This document shows, in pieces, positions 1-10,633 of a stretch of 64,000 bases of DNA. A model generated the notes under the pieces. That model was not told the DNA's origin and ran no database searches. It saw nothing but the letters and a program-made list of their open reading frames with translations. The translations under genes were made by a program, and so were the position numbers. The DNA lies in the NCBI GenBank assembly GCA_963675595.2, contig CAXXLZ010000002.1, forward strand, positions 4,160,001 through 4,224,000, read 5' to 3'. The first letter of the stretch is position 1, and the number at the start of each line of letters is the position of its first letter. The stretch comes from Thermodesulfobacteriota bacterium. Lineage in GTDB: Bacteria > Desulfobacterota > Desulfarculia > JACQYL01.

Positions 1-1844
1 ACGACACGGAAGAACTCATCGTCCGGAACATGTTCGGGGCCGACGGCACCCTGGGTTACGATCTCGAAAACGCCGATTACGTCATCAGTTTCGGCTGCGG
101 CCTCCTGGAAGGATGGGGCTCCCACCGAAGTCTGCTCGCTTACAAGAAGTGGTACGAAGAGTCGGATCCTTATCCCACGGTGATTGTACAGGTCGACACC
201 AATGCCTCCACCACTTCTTCTCACGCCCGGCGCTGGGTGGCGGTTGCTCCCGGAACGGAAGGCGCCTTGGCTTTGGGATTGGCTCACGTAATCGTCAAGG
301 AAGAGCTTTATAATAAGTCTTTCGTTTCCAGTCGGACCTTCGGCTTCGACGACGGAAGGGATGCACAAGGTCGTTCCTTCAAGGGATTTCGCGACGTCGT
401 GCTCCATGATTACACCCCGGAAGCGGTTTCTCATATTACAGGGGTCCCGGCCATGCAGATCGTCGACTTGGCACGGGAATTCGCCCTGGCCAAAAAACCC
501 CTGGCGCTCGCCGGCAAAGGCAAAGGAAACATGCCCGGCATGCTCGGGGAGTTCATGGCGATCCACAGCCTGAATGCTCTGGTGGGATCCGTGAACCGGA
601 GTGGAGGGTTGGGACCGGTTCCCGCTCCTCCGCTGACGGCATGGCCCGGCGTGGCTTTGGACGGCGCCGCCGAACGAGCTCTGAACAAGGAACGGATTGA
701 CGGGGCGGGAACCCGTTATCCCCTGGCGACGAGCCTATTGAACCGGTTCTCGGAAGTAGTGGCCGAGGAGGAGACTTCTCCCGTCGAATTGCTGATGGTC
801 TACCGGGCCAATCCCGCATATTTCGCGCCCAGCGGCAAGGCCTTCAAAGAGGCGATGAGGAAGATTCCTTTTGTCGTGTCCTTTTCGTCCTATTGGGACG
901 AAACCACCGAATTGGCCCATTTGGTTCTCCCGGAACACTCCTTTATGGAGCGATGGGAAGACGGCACGACGCCCGCGGGGGTGCCTTTCCCGGTCTATGT
1001 TTTGGGTAATCCGGTTTTCGCCCCCATGTTCGACACAAAACAAACGGGGGACGTCATTCTCCAAACCGCGAAGACGCTCGGAGGATCGGTCGCTTCATCC
1101 TTCAAGTGGGACGATTACGAGTCCCTGCTCAAATTTCGCGTCCGGGGAATCTATGAGAAGCAAAAAGGTTTGATCGGCGAGCCCGGAGCCCTCGAAGGGG
1201 GCAAAGGAAAAGGATTCGCCGGCCCGGACAAATTGTGGGAGGAACTGACGGCCTACGGTTGTTGGTTCGATCCCGAGGACGCAGTGGGATCCGGTTCGAC
1301 GGACAAGTTCCGGTTCTACGCCGCCGGTCTTCGTACCCGTCTGGACCAAGCCGGCCGCCATGAAGAGGGCCAAGACTCTCATGGAAAGAACGAGCCCGTG
1401 TATGTAGCCCAATTCAATGAGGTTCACATTCCCGGAGATCCGGAAATTTATCCGCTGCTTCTCATGCCGGAGGACTTGGCGTACGTTTACGAAGGAGAAG
1501 TCCCGAGTGCTCCTTATTTGACCAAAGTCTGGCCGAATACCCTACTCAAGGGCAAGTATTCGGTGGTTCAGATCAATCCGGCGACGGCGGAGGACCTGCA
1601 TTTGCGGGAAGGGGACCTCGTCCTCATGGAGTCCGACCGTGGAGGAGCGGAAGTTCTGGTTCACCTGTTCCACGGAGTGCGTCCCGGAGTCGTGGCCATG
1701 GCCGAAGGCTTTGGGCATACGGCGTTCGACGGCTACATCAAGGACAAGGGTTCCAACACGCGGGACCTGACCGTTGTCAACGCCGATCCCCTGAGTGGAC
1801 TACCACAGTGGTGGGGCACCCGGGTGAACTTGACCAAGGCGTGA
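1..1844 (+). CDS. qrcB: Menaquinone reductase QrcB, molybdopterin-oxidoreductase-like subunit (5'-truncated by window edge)
   Basis: DMSO-reductase-family segments (DLENADYVISFG, PGTEGALALG, VSFSSYWDETTELAHLVLPEH, C-terminal INPATA...GFGH); directly upstream of a 4Fe-4S subunit and an NrfD-type subunit. Confidence 0.85.
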   Translation, partial: DTEELIVRNMFGADGTLGYDLENADYVISFGCGLLEGWGSHRSLLAYKKWYEESDPYPTVIVQVDTNASTTSSHARRWVAVAPGTEGALALGLAHVIVKEELYNKSFVSSRTFGFDDGRDAQGRSFKGFRDVVLHDYTPEAVSHITGVPAMQIVDLAREFALAKKPLALAGKGKGNMPGMLGEFMAIHSLNALVGSVNRSGGLGPVPAPPLTAWPGVALDGAAERALNKERIDGAGTRYPLATSLLNRFSEVVAEEETSPVELLMVYRANPAYFAPSGKAFKEAMRKIPFVVSFSSYWDETTELAHLVLPEHSFMERWEDGTTPAGVPFPVYVLGNPVFAPMFDTKQTGDVILQTAKTLGGSVASSFKWDDYESLLKFRVRGIYEKQKGLIGEPGALEGGKGKGFAGPDKLWEELTAYGCWFDPEDAVGSGSTDKFRFYAAGLRTRLDQAGRHEEGQDSHGKNEPVYVAQFNEVHIPGDPEIYPLLLMPEDLAYVYEGEVPSAPYLTKVWPNTLLKGKYSVVQINPATAEDLHLREGDLVLMESDRGGAEVLVHLFHGVRPGVVAMAEGFGHTAFDGYIKDKGSNTRDLTVVNADPLSGLPQWWGTRVNLTKA

Positions 1845-1861
1845 TGCCTACGAGGTAAGGG

Positions 1862-2671
1862 ATGAATACAGCTCACGGAAAAGGCGGCATCAAGTACGGC
1901 ATGGTGATCGACCTGGACAAATGTATCGGTTGCGGCGCTTGCGTCACGGCGTGCGTGGCGGAAAACAACAACACGATTCTCCAGGACGAAAGCAATAAGC
2001 TCAAGAGCATCACCTGGTTGCGACTCTATAAATTTGATAACGGCAAGCCCTACCCGGAAACGGAAATCTGCTACCTGCCCAGGCCGTGTATGCATTGCGA
2101 TCACCACACGCCGTGTGTCTCCGTGTGCCCGGCCACTGCTACGGATTACAATCCGGAAGACGGCATCGTAAGCCAGATTTACACTCGCTGTATCGGCTGC
2201 CGGTACTGCGTGGCGGCGTGTCCCTACCATGCGCGTTATTTCAACTGGTTCGACGCCGTGTGGCCGGAGGGCACCGAGGAATGCCTCAACCCGGAGGTTT
2301 CCCCCAGGATGAGGGGTTGTGCCGAGAAATGCACCTTCTGCCATCATCGGCTCATGGCGGCCAAGAACAAGGCCTACGTCGAGGGAAGAAGGGAAATCAA
2401 GGAAGAAGAATACCAGCCGGCTTGCGTGGAAGTATGCCCCACTCGGGCGATCACATTCGGCAATCTGAACAATCCGGAACACAAAGTGGCTCATTTAAAA
2501 GAGAGCCCGTATGCGTTCCGTTTGCTGGAACGTCTGGGCACGCAACCCAAGGTTTATTACATGACCCAACGAGAGTGGGTCTACCGGAAGTCCGACAACT
2601 GGCTGGATTCCGAATGGCCGAGACTTGGTGAGGGGAAGAAGGAAGCCGCCAAGTCCGGCGGGTCTCATTGA
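1862..2671 (+). CDS. qrcC: Menaquinone reductase iron-sulfur subunit QrcC
   Basis: YGMVIDLDKCIGCGAC, PCMHC..PCVSVCP, CIGCRYCVAACP and EKCTFC..PACVEVCP give four [4Fe-4S] motifs. Confidence 0.9.
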   Translation: MNTAHGKGGIKYGMVIDLDKCIGCGACVTACVAENNNTILQDESNKLKSITWLRLYKFDNGKPYPETEICYLPRPCMHCDHHTPCVSVCPATATDYNPEDGIVSQIYTRCIGCRYCVAACPYHARYFNWFDAVWPEGTEECLNPEVSPRMRGCAEKCTFCHHRLMAAKNKAYVEGRREIKEEEYQPACVEVCPTRAITFGNLNNPEHKVAHLKESPYAFRLLERLGTQPKVYYMTQREWVYRKSDNWLDSEWPRLGEGKKEAAKSGGSH

Positions 2672-2721
2672 TCGGAGACGATGCGGTTCCCTGCGACCGT
2701 ACAGCATAGAAGGGGAAGGTT

Positions 2722-3966
2722 ATGAGCACTCTGGATGCACCGCTTTTGCCTGAAGGCCGCAAGAGATGCAGTTTTTGGGCGTTCGGATTCTGGATGAGCG
2801 TCTGGTCCCTCATCATCGTCTGGGGGCTTATCGGCGCGTATTTCGTTCTGCGGTACGGTTTGAACCAAACCAACATGGACGATTATTTCGCCTTTGGAGT
2901 CTGGATCGTGGTGGACTTGGCGGTGATCGCTCTGGGGGCCGGGGCTTTCTTCACCGGGTTCCTGACCTATATCATAGGGAAGAAGGAACTAAAGGACATC
3001 ATCAACGCGGCGGTGATCATCGGATTCATCTGCTACAGCGGCGCGATCCTGATGCTTTCCGTGGACATCGGGCAACCGATTCGCGGGTGGTTCGGATTCT
3101 GGCACGCCAACGTCCACTCCATGCTGACGGAGGTGATGTTTTGCATCACCACCTACCTGTCGGTTCTCACGATCGAATTTCTCCCGTTGATTTTCGAAAA
3201 CCGCAAATTGGACGAAGTACCGTTTCTTCACCACTTCGCCCACAACCTGCATGAAATCATGTTTATTTTCGCGGGCGTGGGTACTTTTCTTTCTTTCTTC
3301 CATCAAGGCAGTCTGGGCGGCATGTACGGGGTGCTCTATGCTCGGCCCTTCGCTTTTCGCACGGGGTTCCTGATCTGGCCGTGGACCTTTTTCCTGTTCG
3401 TTTTGTCCGCCGCCGCCACGGGTCCTTGCTTTACCATGCTCGTGGTATGGATCACCCAGAAGGTTTCGGGCAAAAAGCTGGTGCCCCCGAACGTGTTCAA
3501 CCTGCTGGGCAAGATTTCCGGTTCCCTCCTGGCGATCTATATGGTCCTCAAAATTGCGGATACGCTTTATTGGGCCCTGGTCACATCGCCTAAGATGGGG
3601 CTGACCTTCTGGGAGTATTACCGGGAAGGACCTTACGGATTCTGGATGGTCATTGCGGAGTTGGGTATCGGTGGCGTTCTACCGGCCATCATTCTCCTGA
3701 TCCCCAAGGCACGGCAAAGTGAGTTCTGGCTGATTTCGGCTTCCATTCTGGCGAGTTTCGGGGTCACCATGAATCGATTCGTGTTCGTTGTCGTCAGCCT
3801 CGCGATACCGGTATTACCTTTCGAGCCCTTTGCGTCCTACCTTCCCACTTGGCAGGAATGGGCCATTTCCGCGGCAATTCTTGGATATGGGGGCATCATT
3901 TACAGCTTGGCCTACCGATATCTGCCGGTGTTTCCGAAAGAGGTGCAATTGTACGCGGAGAAATAG
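2722..3966 (+). CDS. qrcD: Menaquinone reductase integral membrane subunit QrcD (NrfD/PsrC family)
   Basis: Polytopic membrane protein with DLAVIALGAGAF, DIGQPIR, FFHQGSLGG and YLPTWQEW motifs. Confidence 0.9.
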   Translation: MSTLDAPLLPEGRKRCSFWAFGFWMSVWSLIIVWGLIGAYFVLRYGLNQTNMDDYFAFGVWIVVDLAVIALGAGAFFTGFLTYIIGKKELKDIINAAVIIGFICYSGAILMLSVDIGQPIRGWFGFWHANVHSMLTEVMFCITTYLSVLTIEFLPLIFENRKLDEVPFLHHFAHNLHEIMFIFAGVGTFLSFFHQGSLGGMYGVLYARPFAFRTGFLIWPWTFFLFVLSAAATGPCFTMLVVWITQKVSGKKLVPPNVFNLLGKISGSLLAIYMVLKIADTLYWALVTSPKMGLTFWEYYREGPYGFWMVIAELGIGGVLPAIILLIPKARQSEFWLISASILASFGVTMNRFVFVVVSLAIPVLPFEPFASYLPTWQEWAISAAILGYGGIIYSLAYRYLPVFPKEVQLYAEK

Positions 3967-4009
3967 TTGCTTGATGAAGCAGGCCGGTCGTCCAGCGGCC
4001 TGCCCAAAG

Positions 4010-4046
4010 AAAAACCCGGCACCTTTAAGGGGAGCCGGGTTTTTTG
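4010..4046. terminator. Bidirectional intrinsic terminator
   Basis: AAAAACCCGGC-loop-GCCGGGTTTTTT between convergent qrcD and the small ORF. Confidence 0.85.
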
Positions 4047-4089
4047 TTTTTTATGCGGGTCGCTCGATTAGGAACGACGGTGCATGCTT

Positions 4090-4272
4090 CTAGTGATGAT
4101 CGTTATGATGGTCATTCCCGGAATGATGGGCGTCGGGATCGTTCAGCTTCTTAAGGGTCATAAATACGCCGATCAACAGGCTGCAACCGATCACGGTGAG
4201 GGCGGTATAAAACAGCCCGAAAAAGATGATGTGGCCCAGGTCCCAGTGCCACTCGAAACTGAAAGGAAACAT
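4090..4272 (-). CDS. Small single-pass membrane protein with His-rich C-terminus (60 aa)
   Basis: GGAGG RBS before ATG 4272; MFPFSFEWHWDLGHIIFFGLFY + hydrophobic helix + HHSGNDHHNDHH. Confidence 0.75.
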   Translation of the reverse strand: MFPFSFEWHWDLGHIIFFGLFYTALTVIGCSLLIGVFMTLKKLNDPDAHHSGNDHHNDHH

Positions 4273-4304
4273 CGCGGCCTCCAAAAGTGAAAATAGTTAC
4301 ATGC

Positions 4305-4333
4305 ATTATTTTTCAAGACGTGCCGGGTGTCAA
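4305..4333 (-). promoter_or_regulatory. Putative sigma70 promoter of the small membrane protein gene
   Basis: Minus strand TTGACA-17 nt-AATAAT. Confidence 0.45.
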
Positions 4334-4488
4334 GGAAAAAGGAAAGTCCGGACGGATCCGCAACCCCTTTACCTGTTCTTGCTTTTGTGTCTAGTATACG
4401 CACTTACCCGTGATGAATCGGCCCGGAACGGCCGGGTGGACGAAGCGGAGACCGTTAAGGCGAGTACCGCCACGAGGAGGTTTCTTTT

Positions 4489-5499
4489 ATGACAAGGACG
4501 AAGTTGGGAGCATGGCTGGTTGGACTCTTCCTGGTGATGTTTTTTTCCGTGTCCTATGCCTTTGCCGGTCCTAAGATCGAGGTGAAGACGGATGCGCACG
4601 ACTTCGGAGAAGCTTGGGAAGGTGAGACGCTGAACAATGCATTCGAGGTGAAGAACATCGGTGACGAAGATCTGGTGATCGAAACCGTAAAGACTTCGTG
4701 CGGATGCACGGCGGTCAAGTTCGACAACAGGATCGCGCCCGGAAAGACGGGTTTTGTGACGCTCTCATTGAGAACTCAAGGATTGCACGGCGCCTTCCAT
4801 AAAACGGGAACCATTCATTCCAACGACCCCGCATCGCCCCGGGTGGTATTGAAGCTTACGGGCAGTGTCAAAAACTATATCGAAGTTACCCCTCGACCGT
4901 TTCTGCAACTGGTTTCTTCGGAGGGTGAAACCGATACGAAGACCTTGGTGCTGAAATCCACCATGCAGCCCGAATTCGAGCTGAGTGATCTTACGGTTGA
5001 TCCCGTATTCGAAGGAAAGTTGAAGACCAACCTGACCCGCGTGGACAAGCAGTCTTATCAACTCGAGGTGACCAGTCTGTTCAAGGAGATTGGAAGCAGA
5101 CAGGGTCGAATCCGAATCAAGACCAACGTGGAGAAGAAGCCCGAGCTGGAAATCCGGGTCATGGCCATGGTGCTCGGTCCCATCCAGGTGGCTCCCGGGA
5201 GACTTCATTTCGGCCGAATCGAAAACGTTTTCCAGGCGGAAAAAACCCGTAGGACGGTTTGGTTGCGTAAGCTTCAAGGCAATGATTTCAAAATCACGAG
5301 CCTGGATTATGACCATGATTTATTGAATATCGACGTCCAAACGCGACGGCCCGGCAAGGACTATCTGCTCATGGTTTCTCTGAAAGGGGAGAATCTCAAG
5401 AAGGGCACGTTGGAGACGGAAATCGTCGTCCACACGGATCATGAAAAGGCCAAGACGCTGAAGATTCCCGTTATTGCGGATGTGACCGTGGGCAAGTGA
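4489..5499 (+). CDS. Exported DUF1573-domain (Ig-like) protein
   Basis: Signal peptide; HDFGE...F.VKN.G...L.I..VKTSCGCT...IAPG and SNDP motifs; GAGGAGG RBS. Confidence 0.8.
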   Translation: MTRTKLGAWLVGLFLVMFFSVSYAFAGPKIEVKTDAHDFGEAWEGETLNNAFEVKNIGDEDLVIETVKTSCGCTAVKFDNRIAPGKTGFVTLSLRTQGLHGAFHKTGTIHSNDPASPRVVLKLTGSVKNYIEVTPRPFLQLVSSEGETDTKTLVLKSTMQPEFELSDLTVDPVFEGKLKTNLTRVDKQSYQLEVTSLFKEIGSRQGRIRIKTNVEKKPELEIRVMAMVLGPIQVAPGRLHFGRIENVFQAEKTRRTVWLRKLQGNDFKITSLDYDHDLLNIDVQTRRPGKDYLLMVSLKGENLKKGTLETEIVVHTDHEKAKTLKIPVIADVTVGK

Positions 5500-5608
5500 T
5501 TTTCGGGCGTCGAAATCTCGACTAGAGCAATCGGTTTGTGCGCTCGAATCGGGACGACTTGTATGGGGGCCTACCGGGCCCCCAAATCATGATACGAGAC
5601 GGCATTCT

Positions 5609-6613
5609 TTGACGAGAGCATTGATCACAGGGGTTTCCGGTCAGGACGGGTCCTACCTCGCGGAACTGCTTCTGGAGCGTGGCACCGAGGTTCACGGAAT
5701 CGTTCGCCCCGGGGCCTTGGACGATCCTCCAAGAAAGATTCCCCGAATCCTTCACCTTCTCGACCGTCTTCATCTACACGAAACGCTGATTGAAGACGCC
5801 GACGGCGTCCAGCGCGTCATGGAGATTGTCCGTGCCGCGGAGTGTTATCATCTGGCGGGATGCTCATACGTGGGTGATACTGTTGAAGATGAGTATGCGG
5901 CTGTTCGTGTGAACACGTGGGGTACTTACAACGTGCTCTCTGCTTTGTTTCGAGTGAATATCGAGGCACGTTTTTTCTTTGCCGGCTCGAGCGAGATGTA
6001 TGGAGATGCTCTACGGACGCCTCAAACCGAGGACACACCGCCCAATCCCAGGTCCCCGTATGGGATTTCGAAGACCTCGGGATATTTTTTCACCAAGTAT
6101 TACCGGGAGAAACGAGGCTTGCACGCAAGCACCGGGATTCTTTACAATCATGAGTCTCCGCGGCGAGGCTTGAATTTCGTGACCCGGAAAATCACTTCCC
6201 ATGCCGCTCAGATCAAGCTGGGACTGAAGGATCGTCTGGTGCTTGGGAATCCCGACGCAAGGCGGGATTGGGGACACAGCCGGGAGTATGTTCGAGCGAT
6301 GGCGTTGATGTCCGCTCATGATTTCCCGGACGACTATATCATTGCCACGGGCGAGTCTCACTCGGTGAGGGAGTGCCTCGAAATCGCCTTCGATCATTGC
6401 GGCCTGGACCCCTATCGATACCTTGAAGTCGACAAAAGCTTCGAACGCTTTGATGACTCCGCGCCTCTGGTGGGACGGCCTGAAAAGATCCAGAGGCGAC
6501 TCGGTTGGTCCAACCGCGTTTCCTTCGAATCCATGATTCGAGAAATGGTGACGCACGACTTAGAAACTTACGCCTCCGCTGAGACGGAGGGGGAACGACG
6601 GATGGATCCATGA
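5609..6613 (+). CDS. gmd: GDP-mannose 4,6-dehydratase paralog 1
   Basis: [46 protein letters not shown]; TTG start. Confidence 0.8.
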   Translation: MTRALITGVSGQDGSYLAELLLERGTEVHGIVRPGALDDPPRKIPRILHLLDRLHLHETLIEDADGVQRVMEIVRAAECYHLAGCSYVGDTVEDEYAAVRVNTWGTYNVLSALFRVNIEARFFFAGSSEMYGDALRTPQTEDTPPNPRSPYGISKTSGYFFTKYYREKRGLHASTGILYNHESPRRGLNFVTRKITSHAAQIKLGLKDRLVLGNPDARRDWGHSREYVRAMALMSAHDFPDDYIIATGESHSVRECLEIAFDHCGLDPYRYLEVDKSFERFDDSAPLVGRPEKIQRRLGWSNRVSFESMIREMVTHDLETYASAETEGERRMDP

Positions 6614-7749
6614 GCCGAACTGCGCTGATTACAGGGGTGACGGGACAAGACGGCGCCTACCTGGCCGAATTTCTCTTGAGCAAGGGATACATGGTACATG
6701 GAATGCGCAGGCGTTCCTCCCAGTTCAACACGGATCGCATTGATCACTTGGTGCGTGACCCTCACGAATCCGATGTACGCTTCTTCCTTCATTACGGTGA
6801 TCTGACGGATTCCCTAAGCTTGATTCGGCTCATCGAGAGACTGCGGCCCGATGAGGTATACAATCTTGGGGCCCAGAGTCATGTGGCCGTGAGTTTCGAA
6901 TCTCCTGAATACACCGCCAACGCCGACGCCTTGGGGGCTCTGAGAATTCTGGAGGCGATCCGTTCGGCGGGTTTAAAGGACAAGACACGTTTTTACCAAG
7001 CCTCCACGAGCGAATTGTTCGGAAAGGGAAAAACGCAACCTCAGAACGAGGAGACTCCCTTCTACCCGGGGAGCCCTTACGGCGTGGCCAAACTGTATGC
7101 ATACTGGATCACGGTGAACTACAGGGAGGCCTACGGCATGTTCGCCTGCAACGGCATTCTTTTTAATCACGAGTCGCCCGTCCGGGGGGAGACCTTTGTA
7201 ACCAGAAAGATCACCCGAGGGTTGGCGCGCGTTGTTCTCGGACTCGATCGTCGAATCTATCTGGGCAATCTGGAAGCCAAACGGGACTGGGGCCATGCGA
7301 GGGATTACGTAGAGGCCCAATGGCTGATACTTCAGCAGGAAACTCCCGAAGATTTCGTTATCGCAACCGGGGAGCAGCATACGGTCCGGGAATTCTGCGA
7401 AGCGGCCTGTGAGGAACTGGGTATCCTCATCGAATGGCGGGGCAAAGATGAAGGCGAATCCGGAGTGATCTCGCGTCTGGACCGACAACTCGTGAGAGAA
7501 CGTTTAGGCATGGATCCCGCGGTGGAGGAGGGCTACACGCTTTTTCGCGTGGACCCTCGCTATTTTCGGCCCAGCGAGGTGGAATCCCTGATCGGAGACT
7601 TCACCAAGGCGCGCGCCAAACTGGGTTGGAGTCCCAAGACGACTTGGCGGGAACTGGTTTCGGAGATGGTGACCCGAGACGTGGAACTGGCTTCCATGGA
7701 CATTCTTTGCAGGTCCGGTGCGTTGCTTTCTTCCGGGCGTTCGGATTAG
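6610..7749 (+). CDS. gmd: GDP-mannose 4,6-dehydratase paralog 2
   Basis: [52 protein letters not shown]. Confidence 0.93.
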   Translation: MSRTALITGVTGQDGAYLAEFLLSKGYMVHGMRRRSSQFNTDRIDHLVRDPHESDVRFFLHYGDLTDSLSLIRLIERLRPDEVYNLGAQSHVAVSFESPEYTANADALGALRILEAIRSAGLKDKTRFYQASTSELFGKGKTQPQNEETPFYPGSPYGVAKLYAYWITVNYREAYGMFACNGILFNHESPVRGETFVTRKITRGLARVVLGLDRRIYLGNLEAKRDWGHARDYVEAQWLILQQETPEDFVIATGEQHTVREFCEAACEELGILIEWRGKDEGESGVISRLDRQLVRERLGMDPAVEEGYTLFRVDPRYFRPSEVESLIGDFTKARAKLGWSPKTTWRELVSEMVTRDVELASMDILCRSGALLSSGRSD

Positions 7750-7756
7750 GGGCGCC

Positions 7757-9079
7757 ATGGCGGCGCAAGGCCTTCCCAACGGAAGTGAGAGGCCTCCCAA
7801 GTCGTTCTGGCGAAACGTCTTCCGTCTGATGACGGGCGTCGGGCTGGCCCAGGTCCTGAATATAGGCGCCTATCCCATCCTCACAAGGCTGTATGGTCCG
7901 GAAGATTTCGGACTCCTCGCAGTGCTGACCTCATTCTGCATGCCGATTTCCGTTGCCGCGGCTTTCGGCTACGAGCCCGCGGTCGTACTTCCGGAGAAAA
8001 ATGAAGAGGCCGCCTCCCTGCTCTCTCTGAACTGTCTGCTCATCGCCCTGACCGTCACGGCATGTTTCCTGATTCTTTTTTCAGCACGGTTTACTCTGGA
8101 GACTTGGGTCAATGTTCCCGGATTCTCTGGAGCCGTGTGGTGGCTTTTTCCCGCCCCTCTATTGGTGGCTTTGAACCGGACCTTGGATTTCTGGTTGTCC
8201 CGACACGAGAGATTCGGGCGCATGGGCGCTTCCCGGGTCGTGGGAGCCGGAGCGGGAGCCGCGGTCAAGATCGGTTGGGGCGTCATCCTCCGTAGTGCGG
8301 CCGGGCTTCTCGCGGGCTTTCTTGCCTGCGAAATCTGGAAAATGATCCTACTGATGTCGGGAGCCGGTAGAGAGATGATCCGGCGGCCGTCTCTTCGATG
8401 TCTCGGTCGCCTGGCGCGCAGGTTCAGGGATTTCCCTCGGTTTCATCTCCCTTTTCTTCTGCTGCAGAACTTGACCTCATACTTGCCCATGCTTTTCTTT
8501 TCAGCCGCTTTCGGGGCGGCCATGGTCGGTTTTTTCAGCCTGGGCATGCGAATGATCTTGATTCCCGTCGAATTGGCCGTCCAATCCGTAACGCAGGTAT
8601 TTTATCCTCGGTCCGTAGACGAGAAAGGGGCGGCAGGTGGTTTGGCATCACTTGTGGAACGCACCACGGCTCAATTGCTGCTCGTGGGTTTCGTCCCTTT
8701 TGTTTTTCTGGGTGCTGCGGGTCCGTTTCTGTTTGGTCTGGCCTTTGGTGCCGCTTGGTCAAAGGCGGGGGTGTATGCCCAGTTGCTGGCACCGGCCTTG
8801 TTCATCCAGTTTGTGACCGGTCCCCAGATCCTGTTCAATACGCTGGGCAGGCAGAAACTCGGACTGATCTGGCAGGCTTGCTCTTTTTCGGCGGTGATGG
8901 GCGCCGTGGCCCTGGGAGCCCTCTTGGACAGTGAAACCTTGGCGGTGGCCCTTCTGAGCACCGCTTTGTTCGTCTCTTATTGGCAGCTTGGACGCATCAA
9001 TTTCAGACTTTGCGGAGCCCGGCCGCGAGGAGTCGTGAATGAAATGAGGGATATGCTTCGCCGTGTTGTAAGGCGGTGA
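7757..9079 (+). CDS. Wzx-like polysaccharide flippase
   Basis: Many hydrophobic segments; PILTRLYGPEDFG motif typical of PST exporters. Confidence 0.8.
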   Translation: MAAQGLPNGSERPPKSFWRNVFRLMTGVGLAQVLNIGAYPILTRLYGPEDFGLLAVLTSFCMPISVAAAFGYEPAVVLPEKNEEAASLLSLNCLLIALTVTACFLILFSARFTLETWVNVPGFSGAVWWLFPAPLLVALNRTLDFWLSRHERFGRMGASRVVGAGAGAAVKIGWGVILRSAAGLLAGFLACEIWKMILLMSGAGREMIRRPSLRCLGRLARRFRDFPRFHLPFLLLQNLTSYLPMLFFSAAFGAAMVGFFSLGMRMILIPVELAVQSVTQVFYPRSVDEKGAAGGLASLVERTTAQLLLVGFVPFVFLGAAGPFLFGLAFGAAWSKAGVYAQLLAPALFIQFVTGPQILFNTLGRQKLGLIWQACSFSAVMGAVALGALLDSETLAVALLSTALFVSYWQLGRINFRLCGARPRGVVNEMRDMLRRVVRR

Positions 9080-9168
9080 GTGCTCATCCTTGATCCCGTT
9101 TCAATCCGGCAAGGAAAGAGCGGTCAGGGTCGGAGAACCTTCCCCATCGTCTTTCGCCGCTTTCTAAA

Positions 9169-10401
9169 TTAGATCGAGGGCCGTGAAAACAAGGACCTGT
9201 CGGAGGAGGATTTGACCAAAGAGTCATAGATGTCGGTTATGCGGGCATAGCTTTGTTGCTCGCCGAATCCCAGCACCGAATCCCGGGCACGGCCCCCCAT
9301 GGCTCGAGCGGACTCGGAATCGCGCATCAAGTATCCAATCCAACGGGAAAGGTCCTCCACGCTCCCTTTCTCCGGGAGCAGTCCATTGTCTCCGTGAGTC
9401 ACAATGGCGGGAATACCTCCCACGGGAAAGGTGACGGAGGGCAGTCCCGACGACATGGCTTCCAGCAGGGAGTACGGAGTTCCTTCGTTGAGGCTCGGCA
9501 GCACAAAAGCGTCTGCGGCCCGGTAGAACTCGGGCATGTCATTGGGGGCCACGCTTCCCAGGAGGCTCACCCGTCCTTGACCATGCTCTCTTGACCAAAG
9601 TTCCATTTCTTCCCGCAGTGGCCCGTCCCCTGCAACAAGAAGGCGGCAACGGGGATTGTCTCGGATGACCGGTTCCATAGCCTTTTGGAGCAGAGGGATG
9701 CCTTTAATGGGGATCAATCCTCCAACGAACAGAAGAATCCGAGCGTCCTGGGGGAGGTCCAGAGCCTTCCTGGCCTCCGCCTGATTTCCCGGATGGAACT
9801 TGTCGGTGTCAACGGCGCTTTGAATGATATGGATATCCGTTGTGTGCGGTTCCAATAGGCGCATTCTGCAAGCCAAGTCGTCGCTGACTCCTATCAGTGC
9901 GTCCGCTTCACGCAGTATCAGTCGGGTCAATCCCGAGAACAGGGGATTCTTTACGGCATAAGTGTGAATGTCGCTTCCCCATGCGTGGACGATCAATTTG
10001 ACCTTTAGGATACGGCGTAGTGCCAGACCGATAAGGCCGATGGGGATGACCCAATGGACGTGCACAAGGTGAACGGGAGTCTTCCTCGCCGCCCGCAAGG
10101 CAGTGCACAGGCCCGAAGCCAGATACACGACAAGACCCGCAAGAGGGGTCTTGGGCGTTTGGATAAGCTGACGGTTTCCGGACGGATAGGGGAAACGGCG
10201 GATCGGAATCCCGAAAGGATCGGTTTCGAACAAAGGAGAGGTCTGAAATACCCTGGGGGTGACCACGGCGATACGGTACCCTCGGTTTTGGATCCCCGCC
10301 GCCATGCGCTGAATGAAGTGCCCTCTAAAAGAACCCGGGTGGTCGGGATAACCGTTGGTTAGAAACAAGACGCCGAGTTGTTTTTCCTGCGAAGTGTTCA
10401 T
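9169..10401 (-). CDS. Glycosyltransferase family 4
   Basis: HVHWVIP, LFVGGLIPIKG, ADAFVLPSLNEGTPYSLLEAMSSG; start placed at MNTSQ. Confidence 0.88.
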   Translation of the reverse strand: MNTSQEKQLGVLFLTNGYPDHPGSFRGHFIQRMAAGIQNRGYRIAVVTPRVFQTSPLFETDPFGIPIRRFPYPSGNRQLIQTPKTPLAGLVVYLASGLCTALRAARKTPVHLVHVHWVIPIGLIGLALRRILKVKLIVHAWGSDIHTYAVKNPLFSGLTRLILREADALIGVSDDLACRMRLLEPHTTDIHIIQSAVDTDKFHPGNQAEARKALDLPQDARILLFVGGLIPIKGIPLLQKAMEPVIRDNPRCRLLVAGDGPLREEMELWSREHGQGRVSLLGSVAPNDMPEFYRAADAFVLPSLNEGTPYSLLEAMSSGLPSVTFPVGGIPAIVTHGDNGLLPEKGSVEDLSRWIGYLMRDSESARAMGGRARDSVLGFGEQQSYARITDIYDSLVKSSSDRSLFSRPSI

Positions 10402-10633
10402 AAGTCGTTTCCTGCCGGTGGATTCCGGCGTACTGAAAATATTGGACGTGTCACGAGGCAATTTGCTACAAGGAAAATTTTCGTATGCAATGCGGAGCTT
10501 CAGGAGGCCGGAAACACCGCACTCGACCGGCGGGGGATTCCCCGAACAGGGGAGACATTGCCGTAAATCCATCCGATAGGTCGAAAACACTATTCGTCTT
10601 GCCCGGCAAGCGGGCATTCTCAGGAGGTCTTCT

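Noticed and set aside
4489-5499. Selenoprotein in DUF1573 (and in DsrE/YeeE/TusA)
   Set aside because: The relevant positions are Cys codons in open frames; no in-frame TGA read-through is needed
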